Source: Selaginella moellendorffii
Lineage: Eukaryota; Plantae; Lycopodiophyta
Reading direction: 5' to 3'
Length of the DNA stretch: 64,000 nucleotides
Assembly: GCF_000143415.4 (NCBI RefSeq)
Contig: NW_003314293.1
Coordinates: 310,001-374,000 of the forward strand
Shown here: positions 1-12,937 of the stretch, one piece after another
Layout of the letters: the number at the start of each line of letters is the position of its first letter
Position numbering within the stretch: the first letter of the stretch is position 1
The notes under the pieces: generated by a model
The model's input: the letters and a program-made list of their open reading frames with translations, nothing else
Databases searched by the model: none
What the model was told of the DNA's origin: nothing
Position numbers and translations under genes: made by a program

Positions 1-736
1 TACTCTTGAATGGTTTCGGTTTGCTTCAGCCTACTCAGCTCATCCCTTACGTGCAAAGTAGCATTCAGAGGAACGTATATTGCGTGGATCCTCGCCTTCA
101 TCATTTCCCAAGTGGCCACCGGTCCTTCATTGGCCTCCGTCGTTCTCCACCAAGACTTGGCATTATCTGAAAAGTATGGTTTTGCACATGGGACCTTTTC
201 CGAACTCGATAACCACAATGCTCGGAAGTAGTCTTCCATATTGTAAAACCAATCCTCCACCAATTTATAGTCATTCACTCTCTTGAAGACCGGTGGGGGC
301 TTTGGTTTGTACTTGGGAACTACTTGAGGAATTGATTCCACTTCGGTCTGTTCGACCTTGTTTGGTTCTACCTCAGTCCCTGCTGAAAGGTCCGCACCTT
401 TTGCGCTACTAACATCCGCAGTCTTTCGCTTTTTCTTCCGCTTCTCGTCACACTTTAGCTTGTGTACGAGAGTCTCTAGCAGGGCATTGGTCTGTGCCAA
501 TTGTCCTTCTAGAACGTCCAATTGAGCCTTGGACAATCGAACTTTGCCATCAGACTCCTGTTTAGAAGTTTCCTCACTGGAGTCATCCTCATTCAAGGAT
601 TCCTCATCTATAGCCTCTTGTTCGACCGGAGGCTCCAGCTCTGGCGGAGGTTCTGTCTCTACCTTGGTTCGTTTCCGCCCTGCCTTTGTCATCTCCTAGC
701 AATCCGCCTCTATCCTTCACTAGAACTAAGGAAAAG
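1..736 (-). mobile_element. Ty3/gypsy LTR retrotransposon (family 1, copy 1): decayed gag region running off the window start
   Basis: Highly similar to 33940-34625, whose minus strand encodes the retrotransposon gag motif PPVFKG..VEDWFYDMEDYF..YLADNAKSWW..TWEMMK. It lies immediately downstream of a PBS and LTR. Confidence 0.85.
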
Positions 737-748
737 GCTCCGATACCA
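737..748 (-). promoter_or_regulatory. Primer-binding site (tRNA-iMet type)
   Basis: Minus strand reads TGGTATCGGAGC (canonical TGGTATCAGAGC), 3 nt after an LTR ending ...TTACA. Confidence 0.85.
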
Positions 749-751
749 AAT

Positions 752-1490
752 TGTAAGCTTCCCAATTTGCCAGCTTACCTCGTCTATCCGACTGACACTG
801 CTTTGGCTTTTGCTAAGTTCCCTCACCAAGGTTCCCGCCTATTGTATCAGCTCCTACTTGGTCCTACTTGGTTTCAGCTACTCACTACACAAATAATGGA
901 GCATTAACCATCTATCCACAGATTCCCAAATCTCTCCCAATCCCCCTCCCCGGATTAGACTGGACTTAAGGTTCGGCTACACTCCCCACAGGCACAAGCA
1001 GCCAAACACACCAAGCCTCCAAGTTCTTAACATCCCTTGATACAATAAGACTTGACATGGGACCCTCTAAATCCCAAGCTTTGGGTGCAACACTTGCTTT
1101 GGGACGCTAGGGCGAAACACCGTGGCCTAACGGCTTGGTATGGGTGCCTTTACCCCCCACTTCTATCCCGAAGGGAAGGCCCAAGCCCCTAGGAAGGGCA
1201 AGGACCAATGAGCCACAAGGTACTCAAGTGGGGCACCACTCCACATGAGTCGAGAGCACCATAGTTGGTTTCCCTTTTGAGAGTGGGAGCTGCTCTTGAG
1301 CACTTCCTTGGGTGGCCCCTTTGGCACCACCCTAGTCCATGCTCACTCCCACCCAAATCCCCTCAGCCCCAATGTCAACCTCAAGTCAGTTTGAAAGCAC
1401 CACTAAAGAGTTCCTTCAAAAGTAATTCCTAGACCTCACTATCTCTACTATACTTTTAGAACCCTCTACAACCCCCCCCCCCCCTCCTCT
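752..1490 (-). mobile_element. 5' LTR of family 1 copy 1 (distal part lost)
   Basis: Begins TGTAAGC on + next to the PBS and is colinear with 34641-35410. Similarity stops at the poly-C run near 1472-1484. Confidence 0.85.
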
Positions 1491-2199
1491 AAACCAAACC
1501 CTCCTGTTGCAATTCATCCACCATGTAATCAATGATCATTTGCTCCTTGCAACTTATATGTATAGCTGGAGAGTTCATTGCTACTAAATGCAACTCCAAC
1601 TCTATTCAATACGTAATACCAACCACCTTGCTATTATTGCCCATAATGCACTTAGCAAACATGCTAACATGTCACTTAGCCACTTCTTTAAACTCTAGAG
1701 CTATATCTGTAAAAAATATATCTAAAATAGCCTCATCTAATATTGCAGTCTTTGTTCTCATTTGATCCTCTTGAAGACCTAGATCAACTTGCTGGTTGTG
1801 GCTTGTTCCCAAGGACTCATGATGCACCACCACTTTCTTTGTTGCTTTCTTCTGGTGCTTTGGCCTCTAAAAAATCAAGTCTCCATTGCTTTCTTCACAA
1901 TGCTTTTCCACTATCTGTGCACCAAGCCAGAGTTAAAAGCTTGAGCCCTATTGCTTTCTTCACAGTGTGTTGCTACTTTCTTCCCACCCAGCTCAAGCTG
2001 CCCACCTAGGCCCTTACTACTTTCTTCATAGTGTTTATCTGCTTTCCTCACACTTGGACCCATGAAATTGCTTTGGAGTGCCCTCAATTCCTGAAGGTAT
2101 AATAGAAAGGAAATTTGTTGCATGCCTTCGAATAAACCCTAAACTAGCTCCAAAAGTCTTGCATTTTGTGGTACACAAGACATTCCCCACCACCTCATA

Positions 2200-3650
2200 T
2201 TAACCATTAACATTGAGATGTAGAAGCTTCTCGTACTTTGGAAAAGGAATGTACCCCCCTTCATTCGACTTGTTGCCCTTCAAAGGTGAAGGAGAGTCTT
2301 TAATCTGTGAAGTTGATGGTTATGTCTCTAAATCTCTACAGCATTTACACTCCCAAGACTATATCAACCATTCCCATCTCCATAACATAGAAGGTCTCCA
2401 CAAAAGAGAATAAATCCATTTGGAAGAACATGTAACAACTCAATCCACGTGAATCATTCCTCCATTGGCAATTGTGACCTCCAAGGGAATATGAGCCAGT
2501 TGAGTGGAAATACACAATCTAGACAGTGATTGGTCATTGTTAAAGGAATGAGATGTGCTAGAGTTTACCAAAACAAATACTTATTATTCTTGACTCTAAT
2601 ACACTATAGACCTGTTTTCCCCATGAAGGATGGGAGTGAGATGGTAGCACCTAGAAATGCTCCATCCCTATCTCCTTGAGTTGAAATTTTGCCTTCCCAC
2701 ACAAAGATGTCATACTGGAAATCCAAGTCTTTGAATGCCATTAGAATTAAATCTCCATGGTCATTTACTTGCTCATCAACCTGCCTTGTTGTGTTCCCTA
2801 TGGTTGTCTTGCACAAGCTTTGCATACCTAACAATGGCCATGCTCCCACTTAGCTCCATAGTCAAAACATTGGCCCAATTTCATGTCTTTTAAGCACTTT
2901 GTGAATTGGATGGTGGGACTAAAGAAGGTGCCAACTTAATTGGAGTCAAAGAATTGCCATTGCCTAGTCTGTCCAACCCTTATTCTCTAGAAAGTGTCCT
3001 TAGTTGAAGGTGAGGCCACTCTTGGCACAACCAACTTATAGTCTCCCACTCCTTATACTTGAGGTCTATATTCAAAGTTAGTTGCATGGCTTGGTGAACC
3101 AATGAAGGTGCCAATTGTGCAATATCAACTCCCATATCACTAAACCAAAGCTGATTCCAAAATGTTGTCAACTCCAAACTTAACTTGTACCCAATTGAAT
3201 GTTTAGAGAGTTGCATTTTAGGATTGCAGTAGAGGTCACAAAGCTTGTTAAAGGGCAAATCCTGGACTAGACAAAATGAACTCCTTCATGAGCATGACTT
3301 TGAATGTTTCCCAATTTGGAAATATTTGTGCACACTCCAGGCTACCATACCACTCTGAGGCTAAGTCTGTGAGATAGTTAGTAATAAGTGGAACTTTCTC
3401 CACGTCATGAGGCTCTTGCATGATTAAGTTGCACTTGTGCCTTCTAATCCAGTTGAGTAGTTTATGGCAATCATTCTCCCCACTACATGTCAGTAGTTGA
3501 CATTTGTCCTTGTTCCATTTGGATGAAGACATGAATGGTGTTCTACCTAGTAGTCCTTGGATCTTGGATGAAAAGGAAGGTGGACTCAGTTCCACAAGAT
3601 TCTCCATCTTCATCCTAGCCCATAAATCTTTGTACCATGGTCTAAAGTGT
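2200..3650 (-). mobile_element. Degenerate gypsy gag-protease remnant (separate family)
   Basis: Gag-like KVPLITNYLTDLASEWY..NWETFKVMLMKEF (3248-3613). Protease-like VFVLVNSSTSHSF (decayed LIDSGASHSF) near 2545-2580 and DIVLG near 2350-2375. Many stops. Confidence 0.7.
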
Positions 3651-4949
3651 TGCTCAAAAAAGAGTTTTGTCCATTCTTCCCACCAATGAGGAATTTTTGG
3701 AAAAGCTCTTCCAGTTCTCTATGTCGAAGAAACTAACTGTTGCTCTTCCATTTTGGACTCCAAGATCTATTGCCTTTCAGCCATATCTTGCAAGATCATT
3801 GCCCCCTTGCTCTATTTCTCAGCTAGCATGCAAATTTCAGCTTACATGTCACAAAAATTGGCGAAAACTCATTGTTGCTAAAGGAGACTTTGTTCTGCCA
3901 TGACTTGCATGGTTGATTCCAGCTATTGGAGAACTGCCAATGTGTTGGTCGCATTCTTGTTATTGCTATGCTGTGTACCTAATCATCATCTTCTTGCTCC
4001 AACTCTTCATCTTCCATAACTTGCTGCTGTTTTGGGTGCCTAGTTACAAACTTGGCTAGAGGTGATGGTAAAGCCATCCAACCACCAAACCTATTTCTCT
4101 AACTCACACAAAGCCATGCTAATAGAAGAAATGGTGATTCTTGGACAAAGTCTGTCCCAATCTATTCAAGGAACTGATTGAAGACAACATCCACTATCAT
4201 TCCTGGTACAATTATCCCTTTTAGGATCCTCTTCACATGGTGTTGTGTGTTTCATGATGAAAGCCCATTACCCAAAGTAGAAGAAGGCTTAGGGATGAAT
4301 GCTTCAATACCACTATAGAGATCCAAATAGCTCTCATGAGTTGTAATGAATTGAATCATGAGGAAAGAGATAAGAAGACAAAAAAGAAAGAGGAAGAAGG
4401 AAAGAACTGTGATTAAACCCCTAGTTTCCGTCATATGCTTCCTTCCACCTTGCCATACATAATCACTTCATCAGACATACCAGCCTCAAGCTTTGCCTCC
4501 GCTTTGCCTCTGCAAATCATGTGAAGGATCAGATATTGTGATTTTGGAATGACCAAATGAATGGCCCTTCATTGTGGTTTATATTTCATAATCCTGCTCA
4601 AAAACCAACAAAGAAAAATAAGAAAGTAAAAGACAAAAAAAAAAAGAGATGGATTGCATACTTGGCATAGTGAGATTGGTATATTCTTATATATATAAAG
4701 TTAGGGTTGAGATAGACATGGCTTTTCCAAGAGAGGTGTCTCTACACACTAGTCTTGGTGACTGTTTTTCAGTGCCTAGGTGATCTGGGCTGACTTTCCA
4801 GCCCCAAATGTACCATTTGTGGCATGCCACAGAGGGAATATGATCATAGGTTTGTTTCCTTTGCAAGAAGGTAAGTTTTTTCTTTCCCTCCTTCATTTTC
4901 TCCTCTCTTTTTCTTGTATAAAATCCTTTCCTTATGTTCTGGTAATGAG

Positions 4950-5271
4950 AAGTTCATCAAGGCCTCTGCCAAGATGGTTTCTTGACACATGGTTTCTAGT
5001 CCAGCAAACAAGCACCATGAAGAGACCACTTATCTCCATAGATGAGTTTTTAGTAGCTTTTAAGCAAAAGTTTGTGCCTCTCTACAATTCTTCATATGCT
5101 TGGCATGAGCTACAGCATTTACAACAGAGGAAAGGCAATTTGATTGATGAGTATATCAATTGGTTTGAAATGCTACTTAGCCACATTCCAAGTGACTATA
5201 TGGAGGAGGAAAGGATTACTGGTAGGAGGAATAACTCTAAATTTGTTTACAAGATGGTAAGAAGTGGTTGA
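4950..5271 (+). mobile_element. Retrotransposon gag fragment
   Basis: EFLVAFKQKFVP..AWHELQHLQQRKGNLIDEYINWFEML resembles the Retrotrans_gag major homology region (LxQ..xxEY..F). Confidence 0.7.
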
Positions 5272-6963
5272 TGATTCCTTGGAGGAGGAGGCCACACTCT
5301 TCCCAAAGATTTGTTTTGTCCATAGTTGATTATACGAGATTGCTACTTCTTAAGTGCACATTCGAATTGATTGGAGTAATAAATATTGTTGGTGCCTTGT
5401 TACTTATTCTCAACATATTCATCACTTTGGAAATACATGATATGTCTCTGTCATATCAATCATTTTGGAATCTTATGCCATAAAAAAAAAACATTTAAAT
5501 TATATCAAGAGATCACCTAGAGTGAGGTCTAGCACATGACCATGGATCAAGGAGAGAGATTGTCTCACATGAGCCATAACTTGGCAAGAGATGAACTGTT
5601 GAGCAAATGAGGGCAGCTTCTAGGTCTAGTAGAGATTAATTATTGTGACCAACTAGAGTGAAATTTTCAATGTGCTCTCTTTGCTTATGCTATGTATAAT
5701 ATTTCAATATTTCACTTTGACATAGTCAAAGTGATACCTTCATGGAGGGGTCAAAATTAATATAGGTAGGAAGATTGCTTTTGTTTTAATCAATTTGTAA
5801 AATATTGTAACTTGACTAGAGTCTGTATATGGCTGATAAACCAGTCAGATAATTAGAAGTGAAATACTAAAATAATAACTATTATTAGCTTAAATGAACC
5901 ATAGTTTTTTTTCCATAGTATTTGAATTTTGGTATTAATACTAATGTTTTGATGAGTAAACCAAATTATATTATTTATGATATTATAAATTACTATTATG
6001 TATGTATATTTTAGATCACCCATAATTAAGTAACTCGGTATATACTCTAAAAATCAATATAAAAATGAAGCTTAGTGTAAGTACTTATAAAATTACATTT
6101 ATAAATATATATATATATATATGACTATATTTTATTTAATTTTTAAAAGGAAATCTACATAATAGACTACCATTTAGCAATATTGAGGCACTTGGCCCTC
6201 ACAAGGGCATAATTTTATAAAAATTGAAATAATATTAAAATATATATTATCTGTTGGTTTAATATTAAATATGAAGTTTTTATTAGAGATTTGGGATAAT
6301 CATAACCATTGATAATAATACATGTTTAAGATCAGAAAGTTTTTGAATCTATCTAAACACAAAGTTTTCTTTTGAATAATAATCATTCTGAGTAAAACGG
6401 TACAGAAAATTAGAAATAAAAATAGTAGAAAACCTATCAGCTAAAATATTTTCCATGTGGCAGCTAAAACTTTACAATCTATTTATTATTAACTTAAATA
6501 AATATTATAAAATTAAACCAAAAATACTTTCTTATTTTAGTTGTTTACACATCTTGATATCATGGGCTACAAAATTTTTACAAATATTTTAAATTAAACT
6601 ATTTTAAAAGTAAACTATCTAAAATAACATTATGGTGAAATTGAGGAATTTAGTCCAAAATTGTAAATAAAAATTATGTCATCTTATAAACAGCTATCCC
6701 GATAATTCCATTAGCATTAAGATTATAGTAAAAAAGAAAAATTAGTATAATTAAATTATGGAAAATGTGGCTTGGAAAACATATAATAACAGATTTAATA
6801 GACACCTCTACCTTGGGATCTTTTATATATTTAAAAAACAATCACAGGTGTTACACCTAAGGAAGAGCTAAAGCCCCTCCAAAAAATCACATCACAGGGG
6901 TGGCCCCGGCAAATATTTTGCAAAAAACTATCTCGGATTTGTTAGGTTTAAAATTCTGCATGG

Positions 6964-7036
6964 CCAATCTCGTGCCTGCCACGTGGCAGGCATTCAATGG
7001 GTGACACTCTGTGTTCAAGAGATTCCTATGCACGTG
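6964..7036 (+). promoter_or_regulatory. FAD6 promoter elements: CCAAT box, palindromic G-box and second G-box
   Basis: CCAAT at 6964, TGCCTGCCACGTGGCAGGCA at 6973-6992 and CACGTG at 7031-7036, about 200-270 bp upstream of the ATG. Confidence 0.55.
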
Positions 7037-7232
7037 GAGCTTTACTGACCGCCAACCAGCCGACGGTGGTGATGCACCGAAATCTGTCTATAGTCTTTGT
7101 AGGGAGAACCACGGCTCTCACTGCTAGGGCTCTGGGTATGTGCCAGAGATCCATCCTGTGTGTGGAGGCGGTGACCTCGCACTACTAGGGCTTTGGCTCA
7201 ATCAGATCTACGAGCGAGTGCCTGCATTGAGG

Positions 7233-8931
7233 ATGGCGGCCATGCATCTTCAACTTCAGGCCTCGGCCCAAATCTCGGTGAGTTTTCCAGTTTTTTCTCA
7301 TCTGCATGCAGCTGAATCGATCAATTTGCGCAGAGCTCAGACAGGATTTTGGCTAGCCCCTTCAAGAGCTCCGGTTTTTGTCGATTGCGAAGCCCGCGCA
7401 GTCAGATCTTGGTACTGACACGCACATTCTTTTGTGCTTTTCCTGGCTTTCCATGTTTGAATTGTTTTTGGCTTGTTTTTTTCCCCAGGATGTATCGGTG
7501 AATCCCAAGAAACGAGGAGTCGGCGTACGTGCTGTGGCTGTACCCATTCGGGAGGAAGTGCAGACCTCCATTCCTGGTTTTACTCAGCTGGGAGAACCGG
7601 TGACTGACAGAACGATAGAAACAAAAATCTCACATTTGCCTTCGTTTTGTTGCTTGCAGGTTCCCGAAGGCCTCTCTTTGAACGATGTTGTGAAAACTTT
7701 GCCCAAAGAGGTACATCACTCTCGGTAAAAAATGTATTTTTTCTTACGATTTTCCTGCTGTCAGGTGTTCGAGGTTGATGACTTCAAAGCTTTCAAGACG
7801 GTGGCGATCACCGTCTCTTCGGTCGCTGCTGGATACGCGGCCCTTGCGGTGGCACCATGGTACTTATATCCAATAGTCTACGCGTTTTTGGGAACCGCGG
7901 TCACCGGACTATTCGTCATCGGCCATGACTGTGGTCACAACTCTTTCTCCAAGAGCCAGCTCGTGAATGATGTCGTTGGAACCATTGTCATGACGCCTCT
8001 CATTTATCCATTCGAGCCATGGAGGATCAAACACAACACTCACCATGCTCACACTAACAAGTAAGTGGTTTCTGTGCTCGTGATTTCGGCCGACTCAAAA
8101 CGCGTGTTTTTCTGCTTACCAGGTTGATTATGGATACTGCATGGCAACCATTCAGACCACATCAGTATGACAATGGTAGCCCTCTAGTCAGGGGGGTAAT
8201 TAGAGCCACCATGGGTCCGTTATGGTGGATGGCTTCAGTAGGACACTGGATTTTCTGGCACTTCGACTTGAGCAAGTTCCGGCCTCAGGAGCAAGACAAA
8301 GTCAAGGTAACTTTCTTTTGTTCCTTGTTTCCGCGAGCTTTAATCTAAAACTCCATCCTTGTTTTAAAAGGTGAGCTTGGCGGCAGTGGCAGCGTTTGCA
8401 GCACTGGTGCTTGCACCTTTGCTGGTAACTCAGGGTCCAGTTGGATTTGTCAAGTGGTGGCTTGTACCGTGGCTGGGCTTTCATTTCTGGATGAGCACTT
8501 TCACGATGGTTCATCACACCGCGCCACACATTCCTTTCAAGCCAAACCGGGAGTGGTATGCCGTGGAAGCGCAACTTAACGGCACCGTGCATTGCGACTA
8601 CCCGGCCTGGTAACGCTTTCTTTCAATGCCGTCTCTCTTTCGCTCACGAGCTCATCTCTTTTCGATTTCTTCTAGGATTGATCTCTTGTGCCATGACATC
8701 AGTGTCCACATCCCGCACCACGTATCGACCAAAATTCCCAGCTACAATCTCCGCAAGGCATACGCCGCGATCCAGGAGAAATGGGACCGGCACTTGAACA
8801 AGGCCGAGTTTGGCTTCCCGCTGATGAACACGATCATTGATCAGTGCAACTTATTCGATGCGAGGAGGTCCAAGTGGGTCAAGTTCGACAAGAACCTCAG
8901 GGGAGACGCCGCTGCAGCAACCAGCGATTAA
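7233..8931 (+). CDS. FAD6: Plastid omega-6 fatty acid desaturase. Predicted exons 7233-7277, 7334-7411, 7489-7599, 7660-7710, 7765-8060, 8123-8306, 8371-8609, 8676-8931
   Basis: His boxes HDCGH, HNTHH, HIPHH; FAD6-type [17 protein letters not shown] and [10 protein letters not shown]; GT-AG introns that keep frame; Ser/Arg-rich transit-like N-terminus. Confidence 0.95.
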
Positions 8932-9010
8932 AACAGATCACAAAGTTTTCTTAGAAAAAGTAAGGCAATAGCAAAGCATTGCAACACGAACTATAAAATA
9001 GCTCTATCTC

Positions 9011-9082
9011 ATGCATCTGTAGGGTGAAAGTAGTATTAAGCTCGATTATGCATCTGTAGGGTGAAAGTAGTATTAAGCTCGA
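9011..9082 (+). repeat. Perfect 35-bp tandem duplication (37-bp period) in the FAD6 3' region
   Basis: ATGCATCTGTAGGGTGAAAGTAGTATTAAGCTCGA at 9011 and at 9048. Confidence 0.95.
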
Positions 9083-12000
9083 GTTTGGAACGTATATTAT
9101 CAATCATTATCATACTATTATGATTGTCATTTCTATGGCCTTCCAATGTTCAAGTTTTGGGTGGTGGTAGCACAACTGGGTATATCCCACGAAGAAACTT
9201 TGGTTTTCGTTCCGACAGCCATGCCGGAAAAGCAATAATGATTTCCAACATATAATAATGTCACACCAAAATATCACTGGAAAGAAGAACTGTGGATGGA
9301 GTGTGACGAAGAACATCAAACCAAATCTCCAACGCGACAAATCTCGCCATCTTTGAATCGGTCTGGGGTTCGAGTTTGCACCCGGCTGCCACGAAAGGGT
9401 GGAAAAGACAAGACAAGACTGAGATTTTGGACGTGGGAGGTTTTTAAAGTTTCTGGGGGTGTGGTGGTCAGGATTATTAGACGTGTGTGTGTGGCGAAAT
9501 CATTAATGTGTACGAACTTTCTCTCTTTTGTAACTTTCATAACGGTAGGCTGATAGATACACAAGAAAGATGAAAAGAACACAAACGCAAACGAGACCCA
9601 AGGAAGACGACGACGAGATGACATGGTCGGTCGGACGACACCTTTGATCTCTCGCATTTGTATAGTGGATCCAAAACTTTTGCCCATCCTCGGCCAAAAA
9701 CAAATCACCACCACCACCTTGAGCGATGGTGGTCAGCAGAAAAACCACAAGGCTTTGTTTAAGAGCTTTCATGGAGTGTCCCAGAATCTCACTTGGAGTC
9801 GAGGTCCAGGTGAGCTGCATTTTGTGTGTGTGAGAGAGAGAGAGATTGCAATGCCCAAGGCTCAAGCGCTTTTGGCAGTGGAGGAGTTTTTTATAAAGTG
9901 GCAAAGGCAAACCACGCATTTTGCTGGTGGCCAAGAACGTACTCCAATGTAGGCGGCATGTAGCCACTTGGACTTGTAACATATGCCCAGCTTGGGTATG
10001 TGTAATTGCCCTGTAAACATCAACAAAAGGTGGCATGCCCACTCTGGGTATATGGATCACCACACACACATGCCCCTGTGGCAAAGGTGTACCACAACAG
10101 CTATACCAATGAGAAAATCACCAGGACTCACACAAACACACACACATACAGGTATTTGTTATTGGCCTGGCACAATTGCAGAGTCCCTGCAAGGCATAAT
10201 TTGGCTGCTAGTGTGTGACAGTGTGTAGCAAAAGGTGAGCCTGGCAGCAGGCAGCACAGGAGCAGGGAGGGGATTGAGCATACTACTCAAAGTGTGAACA
10301 CAAAACACACAATTAGAGAGAAATCCACTCAAGAACCCAATTCCTTGACACCGCTATTTGCATGTGTTTGAATTGGATCAGCTTAAGTTGAAGTTTCAGT
10401 TGAATTGTTCAGTACCAGACACCCGCCAGCCAGGCCAGGCCAGGCAGCCAGCAGCAGGACAGGAGGCAGCAGCCACATTCAAAATCCAGGCCCAAACTTG
10501 ATTACACACACCAAATCTTTAGATTTGTACATGAGAGAGAGAGGGTGGGGGAAGGGTTGATATCATTTTCTATGCACTCAAGATAGATAGAGACACAGAA
10601 GGAGGTCAGTTCATCCTGAGCAGCAACATCTTTTTCATTTTTTCATTTTTCTCTTTTTTTCCTTTCTTATTTCTCTTTTCCCCTTCACAGATTAAAGGGT
10701 TTCTGAAACGAGAACCTCCTCAAGTAAGCATTTCACTTTCCACTTGCCATCTTTCACAATCCTGGCCATGAAGCAACAAATCAGAGACAAAAACCAATCT
10801 GGCACAACTGTTATTGAAACTGATGGGACAATGGACTGATTGATACAGTAATCTCAGCTAAGCTGAGCTGTAATCCCTGCTTCCGTGGTGGAAGACACGC
10901 TGATCCGGTCCTCATTGCCGTAGAAACAGTACAAATTTCTCTATTCATTGTAACCTCGTTTGCTTGAGGAGCAAGGATTCATCATTCTTGCTCTCATATT
11001 TAACGTCCCGGGTGTTCTCAAAAAGATATCACTTGACCGAGAAAGCTTCATGGTCAGTGTCTCACTCACTCATGCTTGCTTGACACCTTCCCATGTTGAT
11101 TAAACCCCACTTAAAACTGTTTTAGTATTAACAAAACAAAGCAAACCACGATGGTGGCTAGTGTTGTCCCCACACCAGAAGCAGCGAAGCAGCTCAAAGG
11201 CCAATGCGCAAAGAAAAAAAAAAGAAAGCAAAAGCACCGAAGACAGACCAAAAGAAAAAGAAGACAAAAAAAAACTGTTTAATAATCTCTACTACATGGT
11301 TTTCAATTGAAAAGCGACTATAAGGCCCGCTTTTTCCCAGCGTGCCCAAATCCGGTGATGGATCACAAACTGCTCAAGAAAACCTCAAGCCCACCAAATG
11401 CAAAGTTTAATCACCTGTCACAGATCACCCGGATCATCTACATTCCCCGCAAAAGACAAGCCCTAAACAAAGGAATAAGTAAAGGTGGCAGACTATAGAC
11501 TAAAGGTATAGAATACGGTATCTCGTACCTTGCAAGGAATGCATAGAAGAAGGGAGCAAACATCGTTGGATTTGAGGAAGCATGAGCAGCACAACAAGAA
11601 GAAAACAAAAGGCTCGATCTTGTTTCTTGTTATCTGGGCATTTCTTTTCTCGCCACCAAAGGAGATGTTTCGTTGTTGCTGGGCATTTGCGAGCAAAAGC
11701 GCGTGTGTGTGTGTGTGTGAAAACGACGCCATAGCGCTAGGGTGGCAGAACAAAGAAGACTCCTCGTTGCTAAACAACAATGCCTTAGCTTAAACTTTGT
11801 TAACTTTGGTGCTAATACGAGGACGAGGGCATCTGGAGGGATCCAAACATCCCAAAAAGAGGCATCTTTTTCGTGTTCCTTTTCTTTCTTCTTCATCGCT
11901 TTCTTCTTCTTCTTCTCCTTCTCTCCCTTGTTGCTACGCGGTGAGGGATTTTGCGCTTTGGCCGCATTTGCGCGCAAAGAGAAGCGACCACGCGATCGAT

Positions 12001-12937
12001 CAATCCATCTTTTTGCCTTTTTGTTCTTCCTCTTTTTTTTGTGCGTGTTCTTGAGGGGGCGATTTGGACGTCGTGCTTACTGCTACTGGGCTGCTACTGC
12101 TGCTGCTGGGGTGCTGATGGAACTGCTTTGTTAAATCCATCCCCGGTTTGTACTCTTGTTTTGGCGTGATTCCGAGCGAGACGATCGAAAACCCCTTGTT
12201 TGTATGCTTGCATTGCGTAGATATTTGCTTGCAATAGTGTCGAAGCGTTGGTGTGTCCCTGTTTCTGGGATGGGATGCCTCGTTTTCTAGAACTTGGAAA
12301 TCTTTGAGTAGTGCTTCTCTTGCCCCATTTTTCTTTTCCTTTCTTCTTCCTCCTCCGCTAAACAATCAAATCGCGCCGGTAGTGACGACCACTGTTGATC
12401 TGCAGGTCTTGTTTGCTGGAGAAGCAACGCCAGCGGCGGCGCAAGTGGATCGCCGCACAAGTAATCAATCAATCGCTCGCAACAGGTGAAGAAGAACAAA
12501 CTCACACACGGTAAATTATAAAAACCTCTGCTTTTCCCTCTCCTTTTTGGCTTTCTTCTTCATCTGGGTCGCTAGAAAAATGCCTCCTTGTTTGATCCAC
12601 AGCTCCACCTCGACCACATCACTCCAAGCAAAAAGGGATCTTGCGCGCTGGATTTCTAGATGCGGGCCGGGAAGAAGAAGAAGATTGGACTGCTGCTAGT
12701 GGAGCAAATCCTCCTGGCGTGGCTGGATCCTTGGGCGAGATGATGACGAAGAACAGCGAGATGGAACAGCCCAAGTGACAACGATCGATCAAATCAATCC
12801 CCATCTCTCTTGGGTCTTCTCCCGGGAGCTCTAGATATGGCCGGCGTACCAGGGGAGAAGAGCGATAGGTAGACCAAAGCGCTGTAGACGCAGGGAGGAG
12901 GTATAGGCCCCTAGTAGCTCTGCCGGACAGAGGAAAG

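Noticed and set aside
9316-10228. ORFs of 109-193 aa upstream of HAM
   Set aside because: Microsatellite-derived composition, no motifs and no consistent splice structure.
10842-10876. Hairpin TACAG..CTCAGC-TAA-GCTGAG-CTGTA as a pre-miRNA
   Set aside because: The stem is too short and has no match to conserved plant miRNAs that I recognise.
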